A stretch of DNA of 64,000 nt from Heterodontus francisci (lineage: Eukaryota), in contig NC_090416.1 of the NCBI RefSeq assembly GCF_036365525.1, positions 14,064,323 to 14,128,322 of the forward strand. Reading direction: 5' to 3'. The translations under genes and the position numbers were made by a program. Each line of letters starts with the position of its first letter. Positions within the stretch are counted from its first letter, which is position 1. The notes beneath the pieces were generated by a model. The model saw only the letters and a list, made by a program, of their open reading frames with translations, searched no databases and was not told the origin of the DNA. Of the stretch, positions 46,169-59,059 are shown in pieces.

Positions 46169-46620
46169 AAGACTTGCATTTCTATAGCGCCTTTCACCAC
46201 TTCAGGATATCCCCAAAACACTTTACAGGCAATGAAGTATGGTCACTGTTGTAATGTAGGAAACACAGCAGCCAATTAGCGCACAGCAAGATCCCACAAA
46301 CAGCAATGTGATAATGTCCTGATTAATATTTTTTAGTGATGTTGGTTGAGGGATAAATATAAGCCCCAGGATACTAGGGAGACCCCCTTCCATCCCCCCC
46401 CCCCCCCCCCCCACCAGCTCTTCTTCAAAATAGTGGCTGTGGGTCTTTTACATCCACCTGAGAGAGACAGACAGGGCCTCACTTTAATGTTTCATCCAAA
46501 TGAAGGCACTTCCGACAATGTAGCACTCCCTCAGTACTGGCATTGGGCGTGTCAGCCTAGATTTTTGTGCTCAAGTCTCTTGGGCTTGAACCCACAACCT
46601 TCTGACTCAGAGGCGAGAGA
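46169..46620 (-). mobile_element. Deu-domain SINE, near full length
   Basis: gacttgcatttctatagcg...aaccttctgactcagaggcgagag. Similar copies at 12208-12545, 12932-13380, 49806-50265 and 61547-61952. Confidence 0.65.
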
Positions 46621-47467
46621 AAGAGATATACCTGCTGTAAAATGACGGACATTTGAAGAAAAATTGCCCCTCTTTCCTACAGATGCTGGTTCTTGCAGGG
46701 CTATGATTCCCCTGGGTGCTCAGTTATTCACATGTGAACCCAGGTACTGGGTTTGACAGGATATTCGACCTTGAGGTTTATCGCAGCCAAGCTTACTTTT
46801 TATCCAAACACTCCACACATACACACTTTCCAGCAAGGGTCAGCAAGGATCAGGGTGGGAACACTACCCCTGCCTATTCCAGGGATATAAGGCAAACAGT
46901 AGCTGTTTAAGCAACCGATGCAGGTTGTGGTCAGGCACTGGCAGTGGGTTGAGTGGGGGGGTGGGGGGGAGCTTTTGCATCCCTCGATAAACCCGAGAGG
47001 TGACAAATAGTCGTGCAATGAATTTCAGAGAAAAAGACAGTAAGGAAGTGAATTTGCCCTTAGAACTCACAGTGCTGAAAAAGAAAGAACCATAGCATTG
47101 AAATCATAAATCTTAGCATTAAACTCAAAATGATGCTGATGAAATTCACAAATCTAGTGGAAAAATGATAAGATCACAGAAGTAAAATATAAAAATCAGA
47201 AATTAAATCATGGAAATGTGAGGTTGAATAATATGTAAAACTGTCAAAAGAAATGTTAGATTGTGAACATCCTAAAAGAGAAAATTGATGGTGAAATAAT
47301 GTTTGTGAAATGGAATCTATTTACAAACTCTCTTTGTTTATCAGGTATTCAAGTACACATTGTTCAGATGTCGGTTCGTGCGGTTCGAGTTGTGCAGCCG
47401 GGGAGGCTCGGAGCGACGCACCGGTCCGTCCCTCTCTCCCTTCCCCCACCGTCTGTCGGCGCCGGGA

Positions 47468-47550
47468 ATGGCGGCTCACGCTCGCTTCGTGTCGCGGACG
47501 GTGATGGTTCGGGGCAGCGAAGTGGAGGCGGCCTACCGGACCCTGACCCG
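47468..47550 (+). CDS. MRPS21: Mitochondrial ribosomal protein bS21m, coding exon 1
   Basis: MAAHARFVSRTVMVRGSEVEAAYRTLTR|gtgaga; 83 nt; within a CpG island. Confidence 0.93.
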
Positions 47551-48901
47551 GTGAGATGAGATGAGAAGGGAAGGGGAGAGGTCGTCAGGCCCGTGGCTAC
47601 GGAGTAGGCCGCAGGCTTCGGCCTCCCTTCAAGGATGAACCATCACCCTCCCTTCTTCCCCCGCCCCGGGGGCGCTCCCTCCCTGCCACCCGCCCGGTAC
47701 TCGGGAAAAGGGGAGGCTGTGCTGCTGCACGCGGTGATCGGCGGCTAGCTATTCGGCCATGGCGGGCATCACCGTTTGATATTGACTAGATGCGACGCCT
47801 CCCATAGTCGAATGACGCGCCGCCCATTTCCGGTCCTATTTGGGAAGGAGGATAGTAATGAAGGAAGGCTATCGGATTGTTTTTAAACCCGAGGAGGGGG
47901 TGATGGGGAGAGAGGTGGGTATCAATGCCTGTCCTTGCCCCCTTTCACAGCAGCAGTCGACGTTAATATGGCTCCCTGGTGGGGTGGATGGACCAGAGGG
48001 CGTTAGCCTGTCTGCTGTCGTTGTTGGCCACTTTGTGTGAACGTGAGCTTCACCTGTGGTGCATAAAGTACAACATTGCAGAGCAGGAGCACCGACTGAA
48101 CTTTTCCTCTCTCCAACCCTGAGATGCAGGCCTGCATGGTTCAGTTACGCACCAACTGCATTTAGCAAGTGGGAGGTTCAAATGTCAGCTTGATTTAGTG
48201 GGTCGCACTCTTACCTATGAGTCAGGAGGTTGTGGATTTGAGTCCCACTCCAGAGATTGATCAAATCCATGCTGACACTGCCAGTACTGTACTGAGGGAG
48301 TGCTGCACTGTTGGAGGGGCCGTATTTCAGCTAAGGCGTTAAAATTGGTGCTGTGGGCACCCGCTGAACCTTTTTTAAAAAATGTTTGCGTGTTTTCTGT
48401 CTCCCTAATGTCTGGAGTTGTTGGCAGCTTCTGGAGTGCTCTGCTGACCCGAGTGGTTAGTCCCAGTAGGATTCTGGCACAACCGCCTGTTTGAGCTTTA
48501 GCCACAGACGGCACTTCTGCTGACCAGCAACTGACGGGGGCCATGGGTGAGTCCTGCAGTCAGATGGATTTCGCTCAGTGTTACAGCGTGTGTTCTCCCC
48601 AAGGCACAGACAGATCCCGTGCCTGCTTCTGTATCTAAGAGGTGTTGTCTTCCACGTCATCTGCAGATCTAATGTCTCATCTGAAAGACTGCCCCTCCGA
48701 CAGTGCAGCACTAGGAGTGTTGGCCTGGATTTTGCGTTCCATGCTATGGAGTAAGTTATAACAGCCTGTAGATTCTAGGATGAAAGGCTGGAGGAGGGGA
48801 GGAGGCCCACAGTTAGATTCTGGGGAGGAATTGGAATAGTGGACGGTCTCGATTTCAAGACAGGGAGCAGGAAGACTAATTACTTCTCTGCCCCCACCCA
48901 G

Positions 48902-49082
48902 GATCCTGACCACAGATGGGATTATCGATGAGGCAAAACGCAGGCGCTACTACGAGAAGCCGTGTAGGAAACGCATCCGCGAGAACTACGAGAATTGCCG
49001 GCGCATCTACAACATGGAGATGGCCAGGAAGCTGGCTTTCCTGATGAGGAAGAACCGTCAGGACCCCTGGCTGGGCTGCTAG
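48902..49082 (+). CDS. MRPS21: Mitochondrial ribosomal protein bS21m, coding exon 2
   Basis: cacccag|[59 protein letters not shown]; total 87 aa; AATAAA 49264-49269. Confidence 0.95.
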
Positions 49083-51699
49083 GCACCTGCACCGATGGGA
49101 TTCTGAGTGCGAAATAGCACATGATCACACTTTGTGGTTTCGGTGCCGAGAAAGGTGGAAGCTCGTGACTGTGGTTTTGTGAAAAACCAGACTCGAGCTA
49201 CAGTCTAATGTATTGCAGGGGGCCAGGCCTATGGTCCAGTGGAGCTGCAGGTTTTCTGTTCTGAATAAAATACGAGGACTGCACAAGCCAAAACTGTGTA
49301 ATGTTCTTTACCTCCTCACCCACTCCCTATCTCTGCCACCTCCTCCAGCCCCTACAACCCTCCGAGATCTCTTCCTCCTTCTCTTGAGCATCCCTCCGAT
49401 TCCCATCACTCCACCATTGGCGGCCGTGCCTTCAGCTGCCTGGGGGCCCTAAGCTCTGGAATTCCCTCCCTAAACCTCTCCGCCTCTCTCTCTCCTCCTT
49501 TAAGACACTCCTTAAAACCGACCTCTTTGACCGAGCTTTTGGTCATCTGTCCTAATATCTTTTATGTGAAGTGCAATTGAGACATTTTTGTTTTACTGCA
49601 TTGAAGGTGCTATATAAATGCAAGTTTTGTAGTTGGTGATTCTGGCTGGAAAGTTTGGCTGATGGTTGATGACGAGAGTGAGCTTGGCTGTGATGCCACC
49701 ACAGTCGAATAAAGTCGACTGAGTGTCGAGGCTCTGACGTGAGTAGCAGCCTCTCCGGTGAGCGATTGGAGAACAGATTTAGAAGTGTACAAAAAAAAAG
49801 AAAGGTTTGCATTTCTTTAGCGCCTTTCACATCCTCAGGATGTCCCAAAGCGTTTTACAGCCAATGAAGTACTTTTTGAAGTGTAGTCACTGTTGTAATG
49901 TAGGAAATGTGGCAGCCAATTTGCACACAGCAAGATCCCAGAAACACCAATGCTCTACGTGATGGAAGGGATGATGATTTATATTTATTGATCATAAATA
50001 TTGGGCCCCAGGACACCGGGGAGAACTCCATCCCCGCTCCCCACCCCACCCCCCGCTCTTCTTCCACTGATGGTCATGGGATCTTTGACGTCCACCTGAG
50101 AGGGGCCGACGGGGGCCTGGGTCTAACATCCCATCTGAAAGACGGCATCTCCAACAGTGCAGCACTCCCTCAGTACTGACACTGGGAGCATCAGCCTGGA
50201 TTCGGCGCTCCAGTTTCTGGAGCGGGACTCGCACCCACGAACTTCTGACTCTAAGAGGCACAGAGTAATTTCCCCCCCCCTCCTGCTCTGACATGTGTTG
50301 CCAGAACAGAGACTGGGCGAGGTGTGTGCTGCTCGCTTTGAAGCCTGGGTAGAAATGCTGCAGGGTTCAGGGACTTGCGTGACCTGAGCTGAATGACCTA
50401 GAAACAGCTTCCTCATTGAGCACGCCTCTGGAATGAATTTGAACAGGCGATATCTTTAAATGAATCTGACTTGCACACAAGGTGGATTCAGCAGCAGAAA
50501 ATATCTTCCAGATGAGACATTCATCCGAGGGCTGAGGTGAACATAAAAGATCATGTGGCCACTGTTCCAAGGAAGAACACAGGGGAGAAATCTCCCCACC
50601 GCATGCCATTATTTATCCCGCAGCCAACAGCACGAAAACAGATGATCTGGGTCATTATCACGTTGCTGTTTGTGGGATCTGGCTTGTGCGCAAATATTCT
50701 GCTGCGTTTCCTACATTACAACAGTGACCACACTTCAAAAGTACTTCATTGGCTGTAAAGCGCTTTGGGAGGTTCCAAGGTCGTGAAAGGCGCTACAGAA
50801 ATATATTTTTTAAAAAGTCTGTCTTCCAAATCTACAGTCAACGATCTTTAAATATGAGTGTGTGTGTGAGAGGGTGTCTCCAAACTGCTCACTGGCATGC
50901 AGTTCCACAGATATCACCTGGTACCTTGTGAGGCTCAACAATGACTGTTGGCAGGCTATTTGACTGCAGGTGGCATCGCTGTGGAGCCTGACCTGCCAAC
51001 CCCAGCCCCCCCCCCCCCCACCCACCCTGACACCCACACACTGTCCCTTCCAAGAAGGAATGTTTAGAGTGGCACCGCATGGCTGATGTTCTCCCTCCTC
51101 AACCCAGCAATGACCCTGCAGCTGTGATGCACCCCTTGGTCGAAGAGTACTGTGATTGCCCACTTGTCCAGTCTTGCCCGTAGCGATTGGCCAATTGAAA
51201 ATGGCTTTATGGGTGCCCCAATTTACATTACCGCCTGGTATTTGTCTTGGTTGCCACACCTAGAAACTGCAGCTCTGGTGCCAGAACTATTTTTAGATGG
51301 CATTGTCTGCGTGATTGAATTTCAACTGGAAAACTTCTTCGCAGCTGCTGGTTCCTCGGGATTAGTGACACCCTTCACCCAGCCCCAGTCAGAGGGGAAA
51401 TCTTGCATCCCTTTCCTGTCTCTTCCACTGACAAGGTCTGTAAACAATCCACCAGTCAAGCACCATTGAGGGAGAGGACACAAGGTGACGTATACAGACC
51501 CTACCTCAGAACTGAGCTGTTATAGCCGAACAACATTTAAAAAGAAACGGAGCAGGGGAAAGGGTGAAGGGGGGAGCACAATCAGACACGCAGACTGGAA
51601 GAGACCTGTCATGAACTTAGTTGGAGATGGTTAAGAGGAAGCAATGATATTCACATAAAGAAATGAGACCATACAGACCCAGTCACCCGTGCTCCAACA

Positions 51700-53910
51700 C
51701 AGCCCCTCTCCCAAGCACCCACCCATTGCGACCCCACCCATCCTTCATATTTCTTCCATCCCCTTCTCCTCTCCATCTCTCCCCTCCCACTCACCTCCTC
51801 TACTCTATATCTCCTGCCCCTCCTCCCTGCAACACCTACCTCCTTCCTTCTCCCCCCTCCCCCCACATCTCCTGCTCCCTCCTTCCCTCATCTCCCGCTA
51901 CCCCTCCTCCTCCCCTCCACATCCTCTGTCCTTTCTTTCCCTCCACATCTCCCACCATCCTCACCGCTGTGTCCTCCTCCCCATATACCCTTCACCGCAT
52001 CCCCGATCCCATTCCCCTATATCCCCCCTCCCATAAAGCCTCTATTCCCCCCATGTTCCTCTCCCCTCCCATATCCCCCACCCTTCCCCATATACCCATT
52101 CCCATATCCATATCCCCCCTCCTCCATATCCCCTTCTCCCAACCCTTTTTCTCATAACCTCCTTCCCCGTATTCCCTTCGCCTGTATCCCCCTTGGCCTG
52201 TATCCCCCTTCCCCCATATCCCTCCATATCCTCCCTCCCTGTATTACCCCAGAGCCCTGTAACCCCCTTCCCCAGTTTCACCCTTCCCGTATTCTCCTGT
52301 ATCTCCCCTGCCCATATTCTCCTGTATTCTCCCATAACCACTTTCCCCTGTATACGCCTCCCCATATTCCTCCATATACCTCTTCCCCATATCCCCTCCC
52401 CCTGTATTCAACCATATCCCCCTCCCCCTGTATTCCCCGCACCCCCATATTCCCCTCTACTTATTCTCCCATATCCCATCCTCCCGTATTCCCCCATATC
52501 CATCTCCCCCCATATTCCCCCATATCCATCTCCCCCCATATCCATCTCCGCCCATATTCCCCCATATCCATCTCCCCGTAACCCCTCCCCCCATATCCAT
52601 CTCCCCGTAGCCCCTCCCCCCATATCCATCTCCTCCGTAACCCCTCCCCCCATATCACCTCCCCCGTAACCCCCCCTCCTATTCCCCCATATCCATCTCC
52701 CCTTAACCCCTCCCTCCTATTCCCCCATATCCATCTCCCCGTAACTCCTCCCCCATATTCCCCCCATATCCATCTCCCCGTAACTCCTCCCCCATATTCC
52801 CCCATATCCATCTCCCCGTAACTCCTCCCTCCATATCCATCTCCCCGTAACCCTTCCCTCATTTTCCCCCATATCCATCTCCCCATAGCCCCTCCCCCAT
52901 ATCCATCTCCCCGTAACCCCTCCCTCCTATTCCCCCGTAACCCCTCCCTCCTATTCCCCCATATCAATCTCCCCGTAACTCCTCCCTATTCCCCCATATC
53001 TCCTCCCTATTCCCCCATATCCATCTCCCCGTAACCTGACCCCCAAATTACCCCATATCAATCTCCCCGTATCTCCTCCCCCATATTCCCCCATATCCAT
53101 CTCCCCGTAACTCCTCCCCATATCCCCCCATAGCCATCTCCCCGTAACTCCTCCCCCATGTTCCCCCATATCCATCTCCCCGTAACTCCTCCCCCATATT
53201 CCCCCATATCCATCTCCCCGTAACTCCTCCCCCATATTCCCCCATATCCATCTCCCCGTAACTCCTCCCCATATCCCCCCATAGCCATCTCCCTGTAACT
53301 CCTCCCCCATGTTCCCCATATCCATCTCCCCGTAACTCCTCCCCCATATCCATCTCCCTGTAACTCCTCCCCAATATTACCCCATATCCATCTTCCCGTA
53401 ACCCATCCCCCATATCCATCTCCCCGTAACGTGACCCCCAAATTACCCCATATCCATCTCCCCGTAACCGTCCCCCATATTCCCCTATATCCATGTAACT
53501 TGTCCCCCATATTCCCCCATATCCATCTCCCCCGTAACCTTTCCCCCATATCCATCTGCCCCATAACCTGTCCCCCATATCCATCTCCCCGTAACTTGTC
53601 CCCCATATCCATCACCCCATAACCAGTCCCCCATATTCCCCCATATACATCTCCCCCATAACCCCTCCTGGAACCCCCATACCCCTTTCCCGTAACCCAC
53701 CCGTACTCCCTTCCCCATAATCCCTCCCCTGTAACCTCACGTAACCTCTCCCCCGTCATCCCCTCCCGTATTCCCCTCCCCGTATTCCCCATCACCCCCT
53801 CCTCCATAACCCCCTCCCCATTACATCCTTCCCCATAAGTCCCATCCCAGATCCCATATGCCCCCTCCTAATAACCTCCTCCCCCTTATCCCCTCCCTAT
53901 ATTGACCTCC
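51700..53910. repeat. C-rich low-complexity region / variable-unit minisatellite
   Basis: Core ccccatatccatctccccgtaac(tcct) interleaved with ccccatatt; most regular at about 52480-53660; almost no G on the + strand. Confidence 0.9.
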
Positions 53911-54204
53911 ACATTCCTCATTCACCTCAAATCCACCTCTATATTCCCCCAAAACGCTGTCCACATTCCTTCCATATTCCTCTCCATATTCTCCCTGCTT
54001 TGTTGCTTTCGGAATACTGCTCAATTTGTGACATTTCCCTGTGCTGAACGAGAGTCCACGCCCCTCGGTATGTTTCCTCTCTCGATCTGTCCCAAGACAT
54101 ACACTGTCCACCTCCACCTCCAGCCCTGTGCAAATGGTGCCTCCTTTTCTGAATCACATCCCTCCCTCCTTGTCAGCCACCATGAAAGGAGGGAGGAGGG
54201 GATA

Positions 54205-54418
54205 GGGGGGGGCGGGCCTTCTCTGATTGGCCGGTCCAGGGCGGCCAATCAGAGGGTGGCTGGCAGGGCACAGGGGGCTACACGTGTGGTGGCTGAAAAC
54301 TGCTACATGCAGGGATACACGTGTTGCAACATTGATCAGTTTCAGAGAGAGATACGGACAAGAGGACCACAGAGACCGGGACGTGGACAGCCCAGTCAGA
54401 GAGAAAAACACAAACCAG
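54205..54418 (+). promoter_or_regulatory. CIART promoter and putative non-coding first exon
   Basis: GC box, inverted CCAAT pair 54221-54254, CACGTG at 54281 and 54318, donor ccag|gtaaaa after 54418. Confidence 0.7.
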
Positions 54419-56531
54419 GTAAAAAAAACCCCACAAACTCTGAATTTCCTTCCCATATACTGCCCAGCTTTATTTCACAGTCTAGTTACTTTTAATTCTC
54501 TTTAAGGAATAAACTGAGAGGGGTGTCACAACCACCAGCCTCTGATTTCCTTTGTTGAAGTTTGCAAGATAAAATGCTGTGGATTAATTGATTGGGAAAA
54601 AAAATTGCGAGTGCTTTTTTTGAACATTACCCCCCCCCCCCCCCAAAAGAGTCAAAGTTAATGTTTTTTTTCTCTTCAAGACTGTTAATTTCCCCCCCTC
54701 CCCCTCATTTTTTTTTTATCATGCAATGCTTTTGTGGGCAATTTTGAGTGTTTACGACTACCTGTGACTGTTTTTGCTGGAACCATTGTGGAATGTGTTT
54801 TTATAATAACAGCCCCTTGAGATTTTGGGTCGTGAGAAAAGACTTTGACCAGCGTTTTAAATTGTGTGTCGGTCAGTGAATCCTGATATCCTATTTCAGC
54901 AGAGTGGGGGAGGCTGGGCGGCAGGTCTTTTGTTCTGCTCATTGTTTTGGAATACCTTCTTGAGATATTTCACCGGGCATCAAAGACCCTAAACCTGACC
55001 AAGATAGTGAGATTTCACCGATGGCTGCAGATTTTTTTCTCTCTCTCTCGTTGCTGCGAAATACAGATGTTTCCCGATCACTTTTTTTTTTGTTCTCTCT
55101 CTCTCTCTCTCTCTGGCTGAAATTCCAGTTTCTCCTGCAAGCTCCGCCTCTCCAGACCCTCGGCTGCCGTCTCAGTCCTAACAAAGAGACTCCGTTGCGA
55201 CTGGCAGACCCTCCCCAAGGATCGCCCTCCCCCGACCCGCTTTTCAAAAGGCGATTCTCTTGTCCCTTTTAGCTCTTTGGAAATAATCTTTTCACAAGTA
55301 GGGAGGCTGGGGTGCACTGGAAAGGGGGTCCGATCCCCGCCCAGAACCCGCTGTTCATCCTGGAAGCAAATTTAAGGCTGATCGGTCCCTTCCCCCGTCA
55401 TTTAAATACCAGCCACACTTTCAGGGGCCCTTATTTAAAAAATTGTACAACAGATTCAGACTGATTTTCGCTTTCTCAGGAGGAGGGGGGGGGGGGGGGG
55501 AGGTGTACTCTTTATATATATTTTTTAAATAAATCAAAACATAAATGTTGGGTCAATTGCTCAATTCATCTGGGCAATAGGTGAACCTAATAGATCTGGA
55601 GGGTCCCAGGTTCGAACCCCAGTCTCGACTGAATTGGCCAGCTGTAGAGCCATCAAGTTGCTGCTGGTTCTCTGTAGACCAATCCAGTTAGTCCCCCATT
55701 CCTCCACTCCATCCCCGTGGCCCTGCAACTTTATTTCCCTCAAGTGCCTGTCCAATTTCCTTTTGAAGTAATTGATCGTCTCTGCTTCGACCGCCCTCGT
55801 ATCTCAGCCAGTGGGATCTGCAGCTGTAGGCTAAATTATCATGTCCTAGACCACTGTTCAGTGACCCCGTGCAAGAGCACTTAAATGCCGGTGTTTCTGC
55901 TCCGCATCAGCCTCCTCCCACCCATTCTTCATCTCACCCTATCAGCATACCCTTCTTTTCCTTTCTGCTTCATTTGTTTATCCAGCTTCCCCTTAAATGT
56001 ATCTCTGCTATTCCCCTCAACCACTCCCTGTGGTAGCGAGTTCCACATTCTCACCACTCTCTCTGGGTGAAGAGGTTTCTCCTGAATTCCCAATTGGATT
56101 TATTAGTGACTGTCTTATATTGATGACCCCTTTAGTGCTGGTCTCCCCCCCACAAAGGGAAACATCTTTAATTCTACCCTGTTGCATTGTATGGCTTGAA
56201 GGGCTGAATGGCCTACTCCTATGTTCCTATGCATGTGATCACTGTCACTAATGAGCAGATTATCTGGTTGTTGTCAGGCTGCTTTGTGTGGGAGCTTGTT
56301 GAGTGCAAATTGGCCCCTGCGTTTCCCTACACAACAACAGTGACTACACTTCAAAAAAGTTGACTGTCAAGTGCTTTGGGGTGTCTTGAGGTCATGAAAG
56401 ATGCTATATAAATACAACTCTTGCATTTAACCAGAAACCGTGACAACATTTAACACTAGAACTGCCTATGTAAGCATTTAGAATGGGAATTTTGTATGTA
56501 AACAGTCACATGATGATGTACTTGCAGGCTC

Positions 56532-56550
56532 TGGCCATCAGGTGGCGCCA
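56532..56550 (+). promoter_or_regulatory. Candidate CTCF site in CIART intron 1
   Basis: tggccatcaggtggcgcca is close to the CTCF consensus. Confidence 0.5.
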
Positions 56551-56756
56551 TGGAGTGAGTTTCTGAAATCCTTCTCCCAATTCTATAACCATCTGGGCAA
56601 TTAAGGATGGACAATAATTGCTGGTCTAGCCAACGATACCCACATCCCACAAACGAATAAAGAAAATATTATTTTAAAACCAGAAAAGGGCTGTGGACAA
56701 CTTTTGGTACTAAAGATATTTTGCTTTTAGCTTTACAGAAACGTTCAGGGCTTCAA

Positions 56757-57266
56757 ATGGATTCTTCTGGTAGTAGAGCTTCTCGGGAGTCCATTGAGGG
56801 GTTCAGCAGCGAGGAGGATGGGGATTGTGATGTTTTCCTTTCCGACAGTGATTCTGCTAAACATGTCAAAGAGAACAGTCCAAGCCTGGACAGGCAAACA
56901 GGGCTTCCCGTGCAAGATCGGTCCTCGTCTACTGGCATGGGTGCGGTCTTTGTCAGTGAGGGACCGTTGGCCAGACCTCAAGCCTTCATCCCCCACCCGA
57001 TGTCAGCCACCCACCTCAAGAAGCCCTTGGAAAACATTTACTTTGCCTCGACCTGCGTGCGTCAACGCAACCCCTTTCCTGGCAGTGCTGATCGAGGAAG
57101 GAACTCGAAACTCCCACAAGGGGGCCACCTAGTTGATCAACGTTCCAAGAGATTCGTCAGCAGGGGTCTGAAGAGGAGATGGGAAGAGTCCAGACAGCAT
57201 GGGAATGCACTGAATGAAAGAAAGTCTCACGCCAAGACCAGAGGGGACCTCCTTTTTGCACAGAAG
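56757..57266 (+). CDS. CIART: Circadian-associated repressor of transcription (CHRONO), coding exon 1
   Basis: Acceptor ctttacag at 56738; MDSSGSRASRESIEGFSSEEDGDCDVFLSDSD...TRGDLLFAQK|gtttgg. Confidence 0.88.
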
Positions 57267-57339
57267 GTTTGGAAAGTTTCTTCTTGTCACTTTACTTCCC
57301 GTAATTGATTTATTTTGTTCTTTGTTTGTGTGATGTGGG

Positions 57340-57555
57340 TGTTAATTGCATATTAATTGTGTTTGATTGTATGCAGGCAGTGGGCATTAACTGGGGATTC
57401 ACTTGAGCCCCTATAAATAGACACTGACTGAAACTGTGGTTGTTGGGTTAGGAGATTTGCACTTGTAAATGTGTAACTCTGTAAATAAATGTAAAAAATG
57501 TGTAAAGATTGGCTCCAGTTACATCCCCCACCAACTGGCTTTCTGGAATATAACA
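57340..57555 (+). mobile_element. Solo LTR (216 bp)
   Basis: tgtta...taaca termini, TATAAA 57412, AATAAA 57484, 5-bp TSD gtggg/atggg (1 mismatch); interrupts a repeat fragment. Confidence 0.7.
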
Positions 57556-58439
57556 ATGGGCAGTGCCAGCATTTATTGCCCACCCCGACTTTCCCCTTGA
57601 GAAGGTGGTGGTGGGCTTTCTTCTTGAACCAGTGCAAGCCCATGGAGTGAAGCTGCTTCTACAATTTGTTGGGTAGAGAGTTCTAGGATACTGGGTCTTT
57701 GTTTCCTCCAGACTGAACTATTCCAATGTTCTCGCACCTTCCACGCTCTGTAACCTTGAACTCATCCAAAATTCGGTCCCCGGGTCCTAACTGACACAGA
57801 GTCCTGTTCATCCATCACCCCTGTGAGCACTGACAAGTCCATTAACACCTCAATTTTAAAATTCTCATCCTTATTAAATCTCTCCATGGCCTTGCCCCTC
57901 CCTATCTCTGTAACCCCCTCCAAGAACGTCCAAGATCTCTGCACTCCTCCAATTCTGGCCTCTTGCGCACCCTCGACATTGAATCACCTGTCCATCGGTG
58001 GCTGTGCCTCTAGCTGCCTGAGGCCCTAAGCTCTGGGATTCCCTCCCTAAACCTCTCCGCCTCTCTCTCTCTCTTTCTCTCTCTCATCCTTAAGAAGCTC
58101 CATAAAACAGACCTCTTTGACCCAGCTTTTGGTCAGCTCTCCTAATACCCCCTCAATGGGGCTTGTATTGCAAACCAAGCTGAGGAATGGCCACTCACTT
58201 GAGTGAGGAGGTCCTCTTGCCAATTAGGGAGAAGGTGAGTCAGGGGCAGTTAAACGCAAACAGTGGGCGGAGCGAGTAGGTCAAAGGGAGAGTAAAATCA
58301 GGACCGAGGTTCTTGATAGAGTGACCAGCACATGGGATAGAAAGGGGAGTGGGGGTAAAACTCTGGAATTGTGGAGCGGATTTTTGCAAGACGCTATAAG
58401 GTCTCTTGGGTCTGTATTTTGTGATTTGACAGAGATAGC

Positions 58440-58920
58440 TAAAAGACTTACATGGATGATACAAAAACTCAGAGGTTATAACTATCAGGAAAGACTGAAC
58501 AGGCTGGGGCTCTTTTCTCTGGGAAAGAGAAGGCTGAGGGGTGACCTGATAGAGGTCTTTAAAATTCTCAAGGGGTTTAATAGGGTAGAGGTAGAGATGT
58601 TTCCATGCAGACGAGATCAGAACTAGGGGGCCTTTGGTATAAGACAGTCACTAATGAATCCAATGGGGAATTCAGGAAAAACTTCTCTGCCCAGAGAGTG
58701 GTGAGAATGTGGAACTCTATACCACAGGGAGTGGTTGAGGGGAATAGCAGAGATACATTTAAGGGAAAGCTGGATAAACACATGAGGGAGAAAGGAATAG
58801 AAGGATATGGGGATAGGGTGAGCTGAAGAGGAGGGGGTGGGAGGAGGCTCGTGTGGAGCAGAAATGCTGGCATGGACCAAAAGGGCCGAATGGTCTGTTT
58901 CTGTGATGTTAATTCTCTGT
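58440..58920 (+). mobile_element. CR1-type LINE 3' fragment
   Basis: YQERLNRLGLFSLGKRRLRGDLIEVFKILKG; NFSAQRVVRMWNSIPQGVVE. Confidence 0.75.
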
Positions 58921-58983
58921 AATTCTATGGATTTGATCCGACCTTCTGTTTACTTGTTGTGTTTCTTTTTGGGGTGGGTCCAG

Positions 58984-59059
58984 TGCACAGAGCTGCAGGT
59001 GTTCATCAGACCTCTGAACGTCCTCCTCGATGGACTGAAGACTGGACGCTACAACAAAG
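58984..59059 (+). CDS. CIART: CIART coding exon 2
   Basis: gtccag|CTELQVFIRPLNVLLDGLKTGRYNK|gtaagg; 76 nt. Confidence 0.92.

Noticed and set aside
52042-53807. Gly-rich minus-strand and Pro-rich plus-strand ORFs resembling keratin-associated or extensin proteins
   Set aside because: Overlapping in all frames with frequent frame switches; translation products of the C-rich minisatellite.
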